This document shows, one piece after another, positions 45,438 through 54,252 of a stretch of DNA of 64,000 bases (the stretch's first letter is position 1; the number at the start of each line of letters is the position of its first letter). This DNA is from Patescibacteria group bacterium (GTDB taxonomy: Bacteria > Patescibacteriota > Minisyncoccia > Phycocordibacterales > PALSA-1337): positions 64,041 to 128,040 of the forward strand of contig JBBTYL010000003.1 of the NCBI GenBank assembly GCA_038061795.1, in the 5' to 3' direction. A model generated the notes under the pieces. That model had not been told where the DNA came from. It searched no databases and was given only the letters and a program-made list of their open reading frames with translations. Both the position numbers and the translations under genes were made by a program.

Positions 45438-46127
45438 ATGAGCAATACGCTCTTTCTGACTCGGACGGCGGACCTCAAAGAGGTGCCTATCGGTTACACC
45501 TGGCAATCCAAACCCATGAAAGCTGGTTTGTGGAGATTGATGCTTTATGCAATCTCAAGCGGCGACTGGAATCCAGTTCACATCAATCCATTCACTGCTT
45601 GGCTCTACAAATCAAACCTCGGCGGACTCACTTACTGCGCCGATCTGGTTCTGGCGATCACCAAGGCCGGATTCCAGCGCATGATCAAGTTCAAGGAGCA
45701 ACCGGAAACGATTGCGACTGGGTACGAGAACGTCAAGTTCGATGGACCAATCAATGTGGGTATGAAGTTTTACTATCGCTTCACCCTTGAAAGCCGAGAG
45801 CTTCGTGGCAGAGGTAATGCAAAATGCACCTGGAAATTCGAGGTCATCGAGTACAAGACTGACAAGGTACTATACTCGGGACAATGGGTTGCCTGGTACA
45901 TGCTCGTGAAGCGATCGGTTCAAGGACAGATCGTCTCTGGCGAACATCAATTGGTGAAACTGGGGTTAGAATATGTGAGAAGCAGGTACCAAACTGCGTG
46001 TGTGTATACGAAACTTGCTTTTGAATACACCATGACGGCTTGTGGATTACTTCTTCTTGCAGCTCTTCCGTTCTCCTGGCTGTTCTATCGGCCAATGAAC
46101 GACTATTGCTACCCATTTGCACCTTAA
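45438..46127 (+). CDS. MaoC-like (hot-dog fold) dehydratase-domain protein with a hydrophobic C-terminal tail
   Basis: SGDWNPVHINP matches the MaoC motif. ATG 45438 is preceded by AAAGGA. GC-richer than its neighbours. Confidence 0.55.
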   Translation: MSNTLFLTRTADLKEVPIGYTWQSKPMKAGLWRLMLYAISSGDWNPVHINPFTAWLYKSNLGGLTYCADLVLAITKAGFQRMIKFKEQPETIATGYENVKFDGPINVGMKFYYRFTLESRELRGRGNAKCTWKFEVIEYKTDKVLYSGQWVAWYMLVKRSVQGQIVSGEHQLVKLGLEYVRSRYQTACVYTKLAFEYTMTACGLLLLAALPFSWLFYRPMNDYCYPFAP

Positions 46128-46215
46128 TCAATATCCCCGCATCACAGTCCGACTGTGCTCTGCGGGTGATTTTTTTATTTATTTTTATAGACATAATCAT
46201 GCGAACCGATATTGA

Positions 46216-47031
46216 TCAGGATTTAAAATCAGAATAAACCTCTCCTAATTTCTTTTCAAGTGATAATACTTCATCATGTATTTTGCCTTCTATGAGATTA
46301 TTTTCATACAAATCTTTTATATAAGCTACACAAATACCAATAGCGTCAACGACGCACGTTTTCCCGATAGTACCTTCATCAAATTTATAAGCCTTATTTC
46401 CGTCAGTGCGAATTATTGTATTGATACTTTCGATATTCAAATGGGCAACGGGTGAAAGATATCTGTATATTACAGTATACATCCGCTCAAAATGTCCTTT
46501 CTCAATATTTTTGTTTTCCTCATCACATTTTCTCGCCTTTTCTTCCATATTCAGTGCCTTATCTTTTTCAGCGATGTCATTTCCATTTAAAATCCCTTGC
46601 CTTTGTTTATTTACATCCTGTCTTATATCTTCCAAGTATTTTTTGCTCAAAAGAGCCCGTGGATCTTGAGATTCCAGATTGGAATATTTGCGTATCAATT
46701 CACCAAGCTTATTTATCACCGTAAGCCTACTATCAGCACTTTCTTTTGCTGACAACGCCAACTTTTTATTTGTATCACCTAATTGATGGTAAACAATGTT
46801 TATATGACCCTCTACCACACTTCTCAAAAGAACACTGGCGGCATGAAATTTATTTTCTCTATAGAGAATGATGATTGATTCCGTAAAAGAAAACAGCAAA
46901 TAATGCATGAAGTAGAGATAATTCTGTAGATAGTTGTAGCTATCGGTATTTTTATGGATAAGGGGTTTAGTTTTTTCGATTATGGCCGAAAAATCAGTAA
47001 TAATCGAGTTTATTTCAGCTTCAGATTTCAT
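46216..47031 (-). CDS. Hypothetical helical protein (AT-rich)
   Basis: 271-aa ORF. No family confidently recognised. Confidence 0.5.
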   Translation of the reverse strand: MKSEAEINSIITDFSAIIEKTKPLIHKNTDSYNYLQNYLYFMHYLLFSFTESIIILYRENKFHAASVLLRSVVEGHINIVYHQLGDTNKKLALSAKESADSRLTVINKLGELIRKYSNLESQDPRALLSKKYLEDIRQDVNKQRQGILNGNDIAEKDKALNMEEKARKCDEENKNIEKGHFERMYTVIYRYLSPVAHLNIESINTIIRTDGNKAYKFDEGTIGKTCVVDAIGICVAYIKDLYENNLIEGKIHDEVLSLEKKLGEVYSDFKS

Positions 47032-47095
47032 AACATTTTATGCGATTGACTTTTCAGGAACCTTTATGCTATTATACAGATATTACGACGAAAGA

Positions 47096-47130
47096 GGTTC
47101 CGAACGGCTCGCTGCCTAAGGAGCCTTTTT
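47096..47130. terminator. Conserved hairpin + U-tract element at the NYN-A stop codon
   Basis: GGTTCC-18 nt-GGAGCC-TTTTT on the plus strand; on the minus strand the stem is followed by UCUUUCGU. A paralogous copy lies at 49603-49637. Confidence 0.6.
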
Positions 47131-47646
47131 CATTACCCTAATCTTGGCTCGTACGCCTGTATCATCCAAGGCAGCAAAATAGGTTGCCCCTATTTTCTTA
47201 TAAAGTGAAGATGCCCTATCCCTATCGGGAAACAATATTTTCTCAAATTTCTTTTCTTCAATCAAGAAATCAACCATTCGCTTATAGTCGCCATCACCCG
47301 ATACGAGCACAACTTTTTCAAAGTCTTCCTTCTTATAGAGCTTTTTCATTACATTAAAAATGATGTCAGAATCTACATTGCCCTTCTTGGTCCCGAGCAT
47401 CGCAGGGTTATGTTCTCTGAAAAGAAGTACGAAGCCAGCTCTTTGGATTCCCTCATAGATGTCATTGTTTTCTTCCTGAACAAAGCCAAGGAAGTAATAG
47501 GCTTTGGTTGCATGATATTTTTGTTCAAGATAAATACGAAAACGAACAAGGTCAACATCCCAAGGATTAACCTCTCTTTTTGAAGTGGCCATGTAAAGAT
47601 TCTGGCCGTCTATGAAAGCGATGTTTTTATCTTTCTCATTTTGCAT
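47116..47646 (-). CDS. NYN-domain (LabA/PIN-like) ribonuclease-family protein, paralog A
   Basis: IAFIDGQNLY, GNVDSDIIF and VLVSGDGDY motifs; 176 aa. Confidence 0.75.
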   Translation of the reverse strand: MQNEKDKNIAFIDGQNLYMATSKREVNPWDVDLVRFRIYLEQKYHATKAYYFLGFVQEENNDIYEGIQRAGFVLLFREHNPAMLGTKKGNVDSDIIFNVMKKLYKKEDFEKVVLVSGDGDYKRMVDFLIEEKKFEKILFPDRDRASSLYKKIGATYFAALDDTGVRAKIRVMKKAP

Positions 47647-47801
47647 AGTATGTTTGAAGTATGCGTCTTGACTTTGCCCTCAAGAGCTTCATCAAAACTC
47701 AAATAGGTCTCAATGAGAAAGCGATTATGTTCAACAAGACGGGCAGCTTTTTCTGCCTGTAAAGCCAATTTCTTGATTTTAATCATCTGCTTGGTAGTCA
47801 T
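47610..47801 (-). CDS. Small helical ORF overlapping the NYN-A start
   Basis: 63-aa ORF that fills the gap in a tightly packed minus-strand operon. Overlaps the NYN gene by 37 nt, out of frame. Confidence 0.4.
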   Translation of the reverse strand: MTTKQMIKIKKLALQAEKAARLVEHNRFLIETYLSFDEALEGKVKTHTSNILCKMRKIKTSLS

Positions 47802-47810
47802 AGATATATT

Positions 47811-48101
47811 TTACCTCTTCCCTCCTGTAACTTCAATAAAATCACCGCTGTATTCAACCTTATTTGATCCAAAAATAATATTCTTCACATCCTCATAAGC
47901 CCCTTTTACAGACGCAGTAAGCGTAGATACAGGCGCATCTACAGTACTATCCTTATCTGCTAGGACCGGGGATGATTTGAGGCCATATGAAGCCATCCAT
48001 CCAGCAAAGACAATAAAAGTAAATGAAAATGCTACCATGAATGCAAAGCGCTTGCGCACATGCTCGGGCTTCTGCTTGAGATTTTCTATATAGTCGTTCA
48101 T
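47811..48101 (-). CDS. Small membrane-anchored hypothetical protein
   Basis: 96 aa with the TM helix FAFMVAFSFTFIVFAGWMA. Overlaps the upstream gene by ATGA. Confidence 0.5.
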   Translation of the reverse strand: MNDYIENLKQKPEHVRKRFAFMVAFSFTFIVFAGWMASYGLKSSPVLADKDSTVDAPVSTLTASVKGAYEDVKNIIFGSNKVEYSGDFIEVTGGKR

Positions 48102-48748
48102 TCTTTTGATGAGTCAAGAACTATTATATCACCTTCTTTGCCTTCAAGGTCTTTCTTCTTAAGAGTCAGCTTGGCTTCTGGCTTTGGGTTCTCTCCTGCT
48201 TCCTTCAAGAACACCTTGAGCGCGTCTTTTGTGCCAATATCATCGTAATGCATCGGGATAATGATCTTCGGCTGCAATGAAACTGCAAGCTTGTAGGCCT
48301 TTGCAGGATCGAGAACTCCCTCTCCGCCGATTGGAACAAAAAGTATGTCGATTTCATCGAGAGCTTCAATCGTTTCTGTCTTCAATTCTGTGTTATTGAT
48401 TGCTCCAAGGAAACAAATGTTCATATTCTCGAGAGATACCGTATATATAGTATTGATAAGATCCTTTCCTCCGTATTTTGATTCTGATGGAAGTCCCTTG
48501 ATGAAGACTCCTCCGACTTCATATTCTCCGGGACCCTCGATAACGAATGGCTGCTTGTCTCCTCGGCCTACTTGGTCAACTCCATTGAAGTCGACGTGAT
48601 GTGTTGTAGAGAGTACTATATCGGCTCCGAAACGGCTTCCCTTGAGCTTTGATTCGCTTGAGATAGGGTTAAAGGCAAGCGTCGTATCGCCGAACTGCAC
48701 TTTAAAGAATTCGCCTCCAAGGTATGTGATTATCATAAGTAATGGCAT
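48098..48748 (-). CDS. MBL-fold (beta-lactamase-like) hydrolase-family protein
   Basis: ITYLGGEFFKV..LAFNP.. has the UPF0173-like layout. The metal motif is degenerate (TTHHVDFNG). Confidence 0.5.
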   Translation of the reverse strand: MPLLMIITYLGGEFFKVQFGDTTLAFNPISSESKLKGSRFGADIVLSTTHHVDFNGVDQVGRGDKQPFVIEGPGEYEVGGVFIKGLPSESKYGGKDLINTIYTVSLENMNICFLGAINNTELKTETIEALDEIDILFVPIGGEGVLDPAKAYKLAVSLQPKIIIPMHYDDIGTKDALKVFLKEAGENPKPEAKLTLKKKDLEGKEGDIIVLDSSKE

Positions 48749-48778
48749 TATAGCAGAACATCATGCTATCGTTAAGAG

Positions 48779-49456
48779 ATGCAGGAACACATATGGGAAA
48801 AGGAGTATCAGGACCCGAAACTCGTCACTTTGAGCAACGAACCAGCGCAGTCTTTCAAGGATTTCGTGCGTTTTCTTCGTAAAAATCAGAAATTAGAACT
48901 ATCGAATCTCTCGATTCTTGATCTTGGCTGCGGAAATGCAAAGAATAGCTTTTATCTTGCTGAACAAGGTGTGAATAACAAAATTGTAGGTGTGGAAATC
49001 TCTGAAACCGCTTTAAAACATGCAAAACAGCTTGCGCCGACTGGTAAGTTTCTCAAACAAAGCATTGGTAGACCTCTTCCTTTTGAAGATATAGCTTTCC
49101 ATATTATTATCGACTCAACCTCATCCAATTCCCTTTCAGAATCAGAACGAGAAGTTTATTTAAAAGAAATTCAGCGACTTCTCAAGCCGAGCGGTTACCT
49201 TTTTATCCGTGCTCTCTGCAAGGATGGCGACAAGAATGCACAAAACTTGCTCAAGGAGTTCCCTGGCAAAGAAACAGATACTTATATAATGCCTGACCTT
49301 GGACTTACAGAAAGAGTTTTTTCAAAAGAGGATTTACTTACGACGTATTCAGTATTCGGTCAGCCGCTTTATTTAGACAAGGAGACGCACTACACGAAAT
49401 TTAATGGAAGATCGTATAAGAGAAACTTTTGGATTGGGTGTTGGAGGAAGAATTAA
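48779..49456 (+). CDS. Class I SAM-dependent methyltransferase
   Basis: Motif I ILDLGCGNAKNS. Confidence 0.7.
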   Translation: MQEHIWEKEYQDPKLVTLSNEPAQSFKDFVRFLRKNQKLELSNLSILDLGCGNAKNSFYLAEQGVNNKIVGVEISETALKHAKQLAPTGKFLKQSIGRPLPFEDIAFHIIIDSTSSNSLSESEREVYLKEIQRLLKPSGYLFIRALCKDGDKNAQNLLKEFPGKETDTYIMPDLGLTERVFSKEDLLTTYSVFGQPLYLDKETHYTKFNGRSYKRNFWIGCWRKN

Positions 49457-49515
49457 AAATTGACTTTCTCTCTATAGTTGATAATATTATGCATGTATTT
49501 GGCATTTGCCACGTC

Positions 49516-49547
49516 CACCCGCCCCGCAAGAGGCGGGTGATTTGTTT
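49516..49547 (+). terminator. Intrinsic terminator
   Basis: CACCCGCC-loop-GGCGGGTG followed by ATTTGTTT. Confidence 0.6.
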
Positions 49548-49602
49548 ATATTGCTTTTTTATATAATTTGCTCTATTATTTATATTGTACTAATACGAAA
49601 AA

Positions 49603-49637
49603 GGACCCGAGCGGTGCGATACCTAAGGGGCCTTTTT
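49603..49637. terminator. Conserved hairpin + U-tract element at the NYN-B stop codon
   Basis: GGACCC-18 nt-GGGGCC-TTTTT. Paralogous to 47096-47130, with one compensatory pair change. Confidence 0.6.
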
Positions 49638-50153
49638 CTTTTCTGGAGAAACTTTATTTATATGAATGTATTCAATTTTTGCCCTAACATCCTTCTCTTC
49701 TAGATAGCTGAAGAATTCACCTCCGAGTGCCATATATAGTGAGGATGCAAATTTTCTATTAGGAAATAAGATTTTGCCAAACTTACCCTTTTTAATTAAA
49801 AAATCAACCATCTTTTTATAATCACCGTCTCCAGAAATAACAAATATCTTATCAAAAGGGTCATTTTCAATAATTTTCTTCATAACTGAAAAAATAATAT
49901 CAGAATCGACATTTCCTTTCTTATTACTTTTTAACTCCAAAGGATGTTCTCTAAAACTCAGAATAAATCCTGCTTTCTGTAATCGATCATATAGATCCTT
50001 TTCTGCAGTCGATACAAATCCTAGAAAATAATGAGCTTCGGAAACCCGGTATTTTTCCTTCAGATAAATTCTCAATTTCACATGATCAACCGACCAGCCG
50101 CAGTTTTTGGTGCCTAGGTGTAGGTTCTGTCCATCAATAAAAGCTATGTTCAT
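49623..50153 (-). CDS. NYN-domain ribonuclease-family protein, paralog B
   Basis: Start taken at MNIAFIDGQNLH. GNVDSDIIF and VISGDGDY motifs; 176 aa. Confidence 0.75.
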   Translation of the reverse strand: MNIAFIDGQNLHLGTKNCGWSVDHVKLRIYLKEKYRVSEAHYFLGFVSTAEKDLYDRLQKAGFILSFREHPLELKSNKKGNVDSDIIFSVMKKIIENDPFDKIFVISGDGDYKKMVDFLIKKGKFGKILFPNRKFASSLYMALGGEFFSYLEEKDVRAKIEYIHINKVSPEKKKAP

Positions 50154-50323
50154 GTGCAAAATATAGCAAACCAAAATGAAGAAATGATGAAGTTGTGTAT
50201 TAAAGCTTAACAAGCCTCGACAAATCCCCCTTTTTATACTATAGTACCCCCGTTACCAACAGCACGTGCTAAACCCGCAAATCATCATTATTAATTAAAA
50301 AGCGGACCACGGGCATATAAAAA

Positions 50324-51502
50324 ATGTTAAAGAAAATTAAGGATGCGGTATTAGGTGAAAAGGTAGAGGCGGCAGGTACGGAAACGACAGCAGCGCCAAA
50401 GAAAGTTAAAAAGGAAAAAGCTGTCGTAGAGCCAAAGCTCGACACAGTCATGGACCGAATCGTTCATGAGTCAGCAACGCCGGCTCTCGTAGGAGACCTC
50501 GTCGAAGGACCGGTTATCAATATAGAAAAGTCAGCGGTATATATCGATCTTGCTCCATTCGGAACAGGTATCATTTTCGGCCGTGAATATCTCACAGCCC
50601 GAGATATCATCAAGAAGATTAATATCGGCGATGTCATCGCAGCCAAGGTTGTCGAGACAGACAACAAGGATGGCTACATCGAGCTCTCTCTCAAGGAGGC
50701 ACGACAGGCCCTCATCTGGAGCGAAGCGGAAGCAGCTATCAATAACAAGACGACTCTTGAGCTTCCTATCATCGAAGCAAACAAGGGAGGACTTATCATT
50801 CAGTGGCAAGGAATTTCAGGATTCCTTCCTGCATCTCAGCTCAAGACTGAACACTACCCTCGCGTAGCTGACGGTGACAAGGACAAGATCCTTGAAGAAC
50901 TCAAGAAGCTCGTCGGAACAAAGATTTCAGTATCTATCATTTCTGCTATCCCAAAGGAAGGCAAGCTCATTTTCTCTGAAAAGAGCCCTGAACTTAAGGA
51001 CAAGGAGCGAATCATCGGCAAGTACAAGGTTGGCGATACAGTCGACGGAACAGTCACTGGCATCGTAGACTTCGGAGTATTCGTGAAGCTTGAAGATGGA
51101 CTTGAAGGTCTCGTTCATATCTCAGAAATCGATTGGTCACTTGTCGAAGATCCTCGAGCCCTCTTTAAGGTAGGTCAGAAGATCAAGGTCAAGGTCATCG
51201 AAATCAAGGAAGGAAAGGTTTCTCTTTCTCTCAAGGCTCTCAAGGAAAATCCTTGGGTTGAAGCTGGAAAGAAGTACAAGAAGGACCAGCAGGTCCAGGG
51301 CGTCGTCATCAAGTTCAACAAGCATGGCGCGCTCGCATCTATCGAGGAAGGTATCGCAGGTCTTGTCCACATCTCTGAATTCGGTTCAGAAGAGAAGCTC
51401 CGAAAGAACCTCGAGCTTGGAAAGTCATATGACTTCAAGATCACCCTCTTCGATATCAAGGAACAGAAGATGGCGTTGTCTTTCACAGGAGAGAAGAAGT
51501 AA
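50324..51502 (+). CDS. rpsA: 30S ribosomal protein S1
   Basis: Repeated S1 domains (G..V.G.V..I......V.L..G..G..H.SE). Confidence 0.85.
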   Translation: MLKKIKDAVLGEKVEAAGTETTAAPKKVKKEKAVVEPKLDTVMDRIVHESATPALVGDLVEGPVINIEKSAVYIDLAPFGTGIIFGREYLTARDIIKKINIGDVIAAKVVETDNKDGYIELSLKEARQALIWSEAEAAINNKTTLELPIIEANKGGLIIQWQGISGFLPASQLKTEHYPRVADGDKDKILEELKKLVGTKISVSIISAIPKEGKLIFSEKSPELKDKERIIGKYKVGDTVDGTVTGIVDFGVFVKLEDGLEGLVHISEIDWSLVEDPRALFKVGQKIKVKVIEIKEGKVSLSLKALKENPWVEAGKKYKKDQQVQGVVIKFNKHGALASIEEGIAGLVHISEFGSEEKLRKNLELGKSYDFKITLFDIKEQKMALSFTGEKK

Positions 51503-51519
51503 ATTTTACTCAAAGAAAA

Positions 51520-51545
51520 AACCACTCATCTCGGGTGGTTTTTTC
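51520..51545. terminator. Bidirectional intrinsic terminator (rpsA / pth)
   Basis: A-run, AACCAC-loop-GTGGTT, then T-run. Confidence 0.65.
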
Positions 51546-51554
51546 ATGCTTTTA

Positions 51555-52139
51555 TTACCCCGCGTTATAGATGCTCATCGCCTTTTCCTTCCCTTCCTTC
51601 ACTAGAACCTCAAGAGCTTCTGCCACAATCTTCGCTGTCTTCTTTAAAACTTTCATTTCATCATCCTTTAATTTCCCAAGAATAAATTTTTCGATCTTTT
51701 CATCTCCATGAGGAACTTTAGCGGTTCCCTTCGCAGTTTCTGGAGCAACGCCGATTCGGATTCTCAAAAACGCTTCTGTCTTCACTGCTTTAATGATTGA
51801 TTCAAGACCATTGTGTCCGCCCGAGCTTCTGTTAAAAGAAATTCGAATCTTTCCCATCGGCAAATTGAAATCATCGTAGATGACAATCAATTTTTCTGCT
51901 GCCTTGATGCTCTTCACGACTGTCGCGATCGATTTTCCAGAATTATTCATAAATGTCTCCGGCGCAATCAATTTTATTTTCTCTTTACCTATCTTCATTT
52001 CAGAAACAAGTGCGTTATTCTTCTTTTCAAAAGAAAAATCATCATCAGTGAGCGACTGAAGTATGATTCTACCTGTATTGTGACGAGTATTTTCATACTC
52101 CTGTCCTGGATTTCCCAAACCTGCGATTATGTATGCCAT
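51555..52139 (-). CDS. pth: Peptidyl-tRNA hydrolase
   Basis: IIAGLGNPGQEYENTRHNTG and GGHNGL motifs. Start taken at MAYII. Confidence 0.9.
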   Translation of the reverse strand: MAYIIAGLGNPGQEYENTRHNTGRIILQSLTDDDFSFEKKNNALVSEMKIGKEKIKLIAPETFMNNSGKSIATVVKSIKAAEKLIVIYDDFNLPMGKIRISFNRSSGGHNGLESIIKAVKTEAFLRIRIGVAPETAKGTAKVPHGDEKIEKFILGKLKDDEMKVLKKTAKIVAEALEVLVKEGKEKAMSIYNAG

Positions 52140-52202
52140 ATGAACAGTATGACACAAGTAAAAATCTTGTGTCAAACGAGTATAGGCAGTACAATTACTG
52201 CA

Positions 52203-52751
52203 ATGAATCCTCCAAAGAAAGAAAATTTCGTAAAAGAAATCATAAAATTCACCCTGATTGCACTCGCAATCGTCATTCCAGTCCGAGCTTATGTGGCTCA
52301 GCCGTTCATCGTTAGCGGCGCATCCATGGATCCGACATTCTCAACAGGACAATACCTCATCGTCGACCAGTTAAGCTATCATTTCGAAAATCCAAAACGC
52401 GGAGAAGTAATCATTTTCAAATATCCTCGAGATCCTGAGACATTTTTCATAAAAAGAATCATTGGGCTTCCTGGGGAAACTATATCCCTTGAGAACGGCA
52501 AAGTGACGATCATCAACGTGGAGCATCCAGATGGGATTTTGATTGATGAGACATACATAACAAAGGACCACAAAACCTCAGATACGTTCACCACCACTCT
52601 CGGCCACAATGAATACTTCGTCATGGGAGACAATCGTCCGCAAAGTTCGGATTCAAGAGCTTGGGGTCCGCTCGAAGACAAGTATATTGTCGGCAGACCT
52701 TTCGTCCGTCTTCTTCCCCTGACGAAAATTTCAGTATTTCCCGGCAGATAG
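52203..52751 (+). CDS. lepB: Signal peptidase I
   Basis: Catalytic SGASMDPTF, plus RIIGLPGE and GDNRPQSSDSR. Start taken at MNPPKKE; the track's extension is antisense to pth. Confidence 0.9.
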   Translation: MNPPKKENFVKEIIKFTLIALAIVIPVRAYVAQPFIVSGASMDPTFSTGQYLIVDQLSYHFENPKRGEVIIFKYPRDPETFFIKRIIGLPGETISLENGKVTIINVEHPDGILIDETYITKDHKTSDTFTTTLGHNEYFVMGDNRPQSSDSRAWGPLEDKYIVGRPFVRLLPLTKISVFPGR

Positions 52752-52754
52752 ACC

Positions 52755-53975
52755 ATGAAGAAAAATCACGAAAATAAATTCATAGCTTATGAAAATTTGG
52801 ATAAGATAGGCGAGATTCCTATCTATTACGGCTTCTTTCCGCACAAGAGTCCGGAGATAAAGAGGGCCGACCTTGATCATGCCAAGCTCCTGCTCGATGG
52901 CGATTTCATAGAAGACGAAGAAAATGGCAGAGCGCGCCTGCCGCTTCACGTCGAGGAGAAAATCGCGCTACTAAGAATGTATGCGGAAGATGATATGCAT
53001 GCGCTGCCACAGCCTGTCATGTTCTATTTCAAGGAACCTTTCAGGGGATCGATAAAGAAGAGCTCTCATGCCTATCACCGTTATTGCGACCTTGAAATCA
53101 TGGGCGGCACAAAAAGCATCGCCGAAGCCCTTCTCATCCAGACGGCTCGCGCAATCCTGAAAGAAGAGGGTTATGAGAATATCTGCGTCGAGATCAACAG
53201 TATTGGAGACAGAGAATCCATCAACCGCTTTGCCCGCGATCTCTCTAACTATTACCGCAAGCACATCAATGACATGCATGCCGAGTGCCGTCAGTTGCTC
53301 AAGAAGGATCCTTTCGATCTCTTGAGCTGCACGAACGACAAATGCCGAAAAATTAACGACGACGCGCCGCGATCGATGGATTTTCTTTCCGAATCTAGCA
53401 GGACTCATTTCCAAGAGGTGCTTGAGTATCTCGAGGCGCTCGGAGTCCCGTATAGGATTAATAACCATCTCATTGGAAACAGAAAATACTGCACTGAGAC
53501 CATATTCGCAATCACCGATGCGGACCATGACAAGAAAAGCAGCAATCCTAAAACTCTGGCGATCGGCGTGCGTTATGACGGACTGGCGAAGAAGATGGGA
53601 CTAAAAAAGGAGATCCAGGGCGTCGGAATCTCATTGCTCATAAAGAACAGCAAAACTGAACTTCGCAAGGAAATCAAGAAGTTCAAGAAGCCATTCGCCT
53701 CATTCGTGCAGCTCGGCTTCGAGTCAAAGCTCTTAAGCCTTTCCATCATCGAGGAACTCCGCCATGCCAGAATCCCTCTTTACCTTTCTCTCGCCCGCGA
53801 CCGCCTCGGTGCCCAGGTTTCTGTCGTCGAAAAGCACCATATTCCATATGCGCTCATCATGGGGAAGAAAGAGGCTGTCGAGAGGACCGTGATCGTCCGA
53901 AACAATGATACGCATGCCCAGGAAATCATCTCCATCGACAAATTGTCAGGCTATATGAAAAAGCTTGAAAAGTAA
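52755..53975 (+). CDS. Histidyl-tRNA-synthetase-like protein with degenerate catalytic motifs
   Basis: Class II HisRS/HisZ-like core (YGF..P, HRYCDLEIMG, GVRYDGL) and a HGTP-anticodon-like C-terminus (IPYALIMGKKE..TVIVRN). The canonical RPE, FRYERPQ and RQF residues are substituted. Confidence 0.5.
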   Translation: MKKNHENKFIAYENLDKIGEIPIYYGFFPHKSPEIKRADLDHAKLLLDGDFIEDEENGRARLPLHVEEKIALLRMYAEDDMHALPQPVMFYFKEPFRGSIKKSSHAYHRYCDLEIMGGTKSIAEALLIQTARAILKEEGYENICVEINSIGDRESINRFARDLSNYYRKHINDMHAECRQLLKKDPFDLLSCTNDKCRKINDDAPRSMDFLSESSRTHFQEVLEYLEALGVPYRINNHLIGNRKYCTETIFAITDADHDKKSSNPKTLAIGVRYDGLAKKMGLKKEIQGVGISLLIKNSKTELRKEIKKFKKPFASFVQLGFESKLLSLSIIEELRHARIPLYLSLARDRLGAQVSVVEKHHIPYALIMGKKEAVERTVIVRNNDTHAQEIISIDKLSGYMKKLEK

Positions 53976-54002
53976 TCGAATGTATAGTACTATAGTCTGA
54001 CT

Positions 54003-54251
54003 ATGGCAACAAATGTAGAAATAACAAGGAACGGCACCGAAAACAGCATGGGTGTCCTTCGACGATTTACCAAGAAGGTCCAGGGCGCCGGCATACTCCC
54101 TAGAGTACGAAGCCTCCGATACAACCAGCGGATTCTCTCCTCATACAAGACGAAAATGAAGACGCTGAAGTCGCTCAAGAGGAAAGCTGAAGTCCAGGAA
54201 CTTATCAAGATGGGCAAAATGCAGGAAAAGACCTCACGATACTCAAAGTAA
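54003..54251 (+). CDS. rpsU: 30S ribosomal protein S21
   Basis: 82 aa; SMGVLRRFTKKVQGAGILPRVRSLRYNQ resembles the S21 core. Confidence 0.7.
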   Translation: MATNVEITRNGTENSMGVLRRFTKKVQGAGILPRVRSLRYNQRILSSYKTKMKTLKSLKRKAEVQELIKMGKMQEKTSRYSK

Positions 54252-54252
54252 G

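Noticed and set aside
51813-52202. Upstream 130 codons of the 312-aa ORF containing lepB
   Set aside because: This part is antisense to pth and has no signal-peptidase similarity. lepB starts at ATG 52203, just before its TM anchor.
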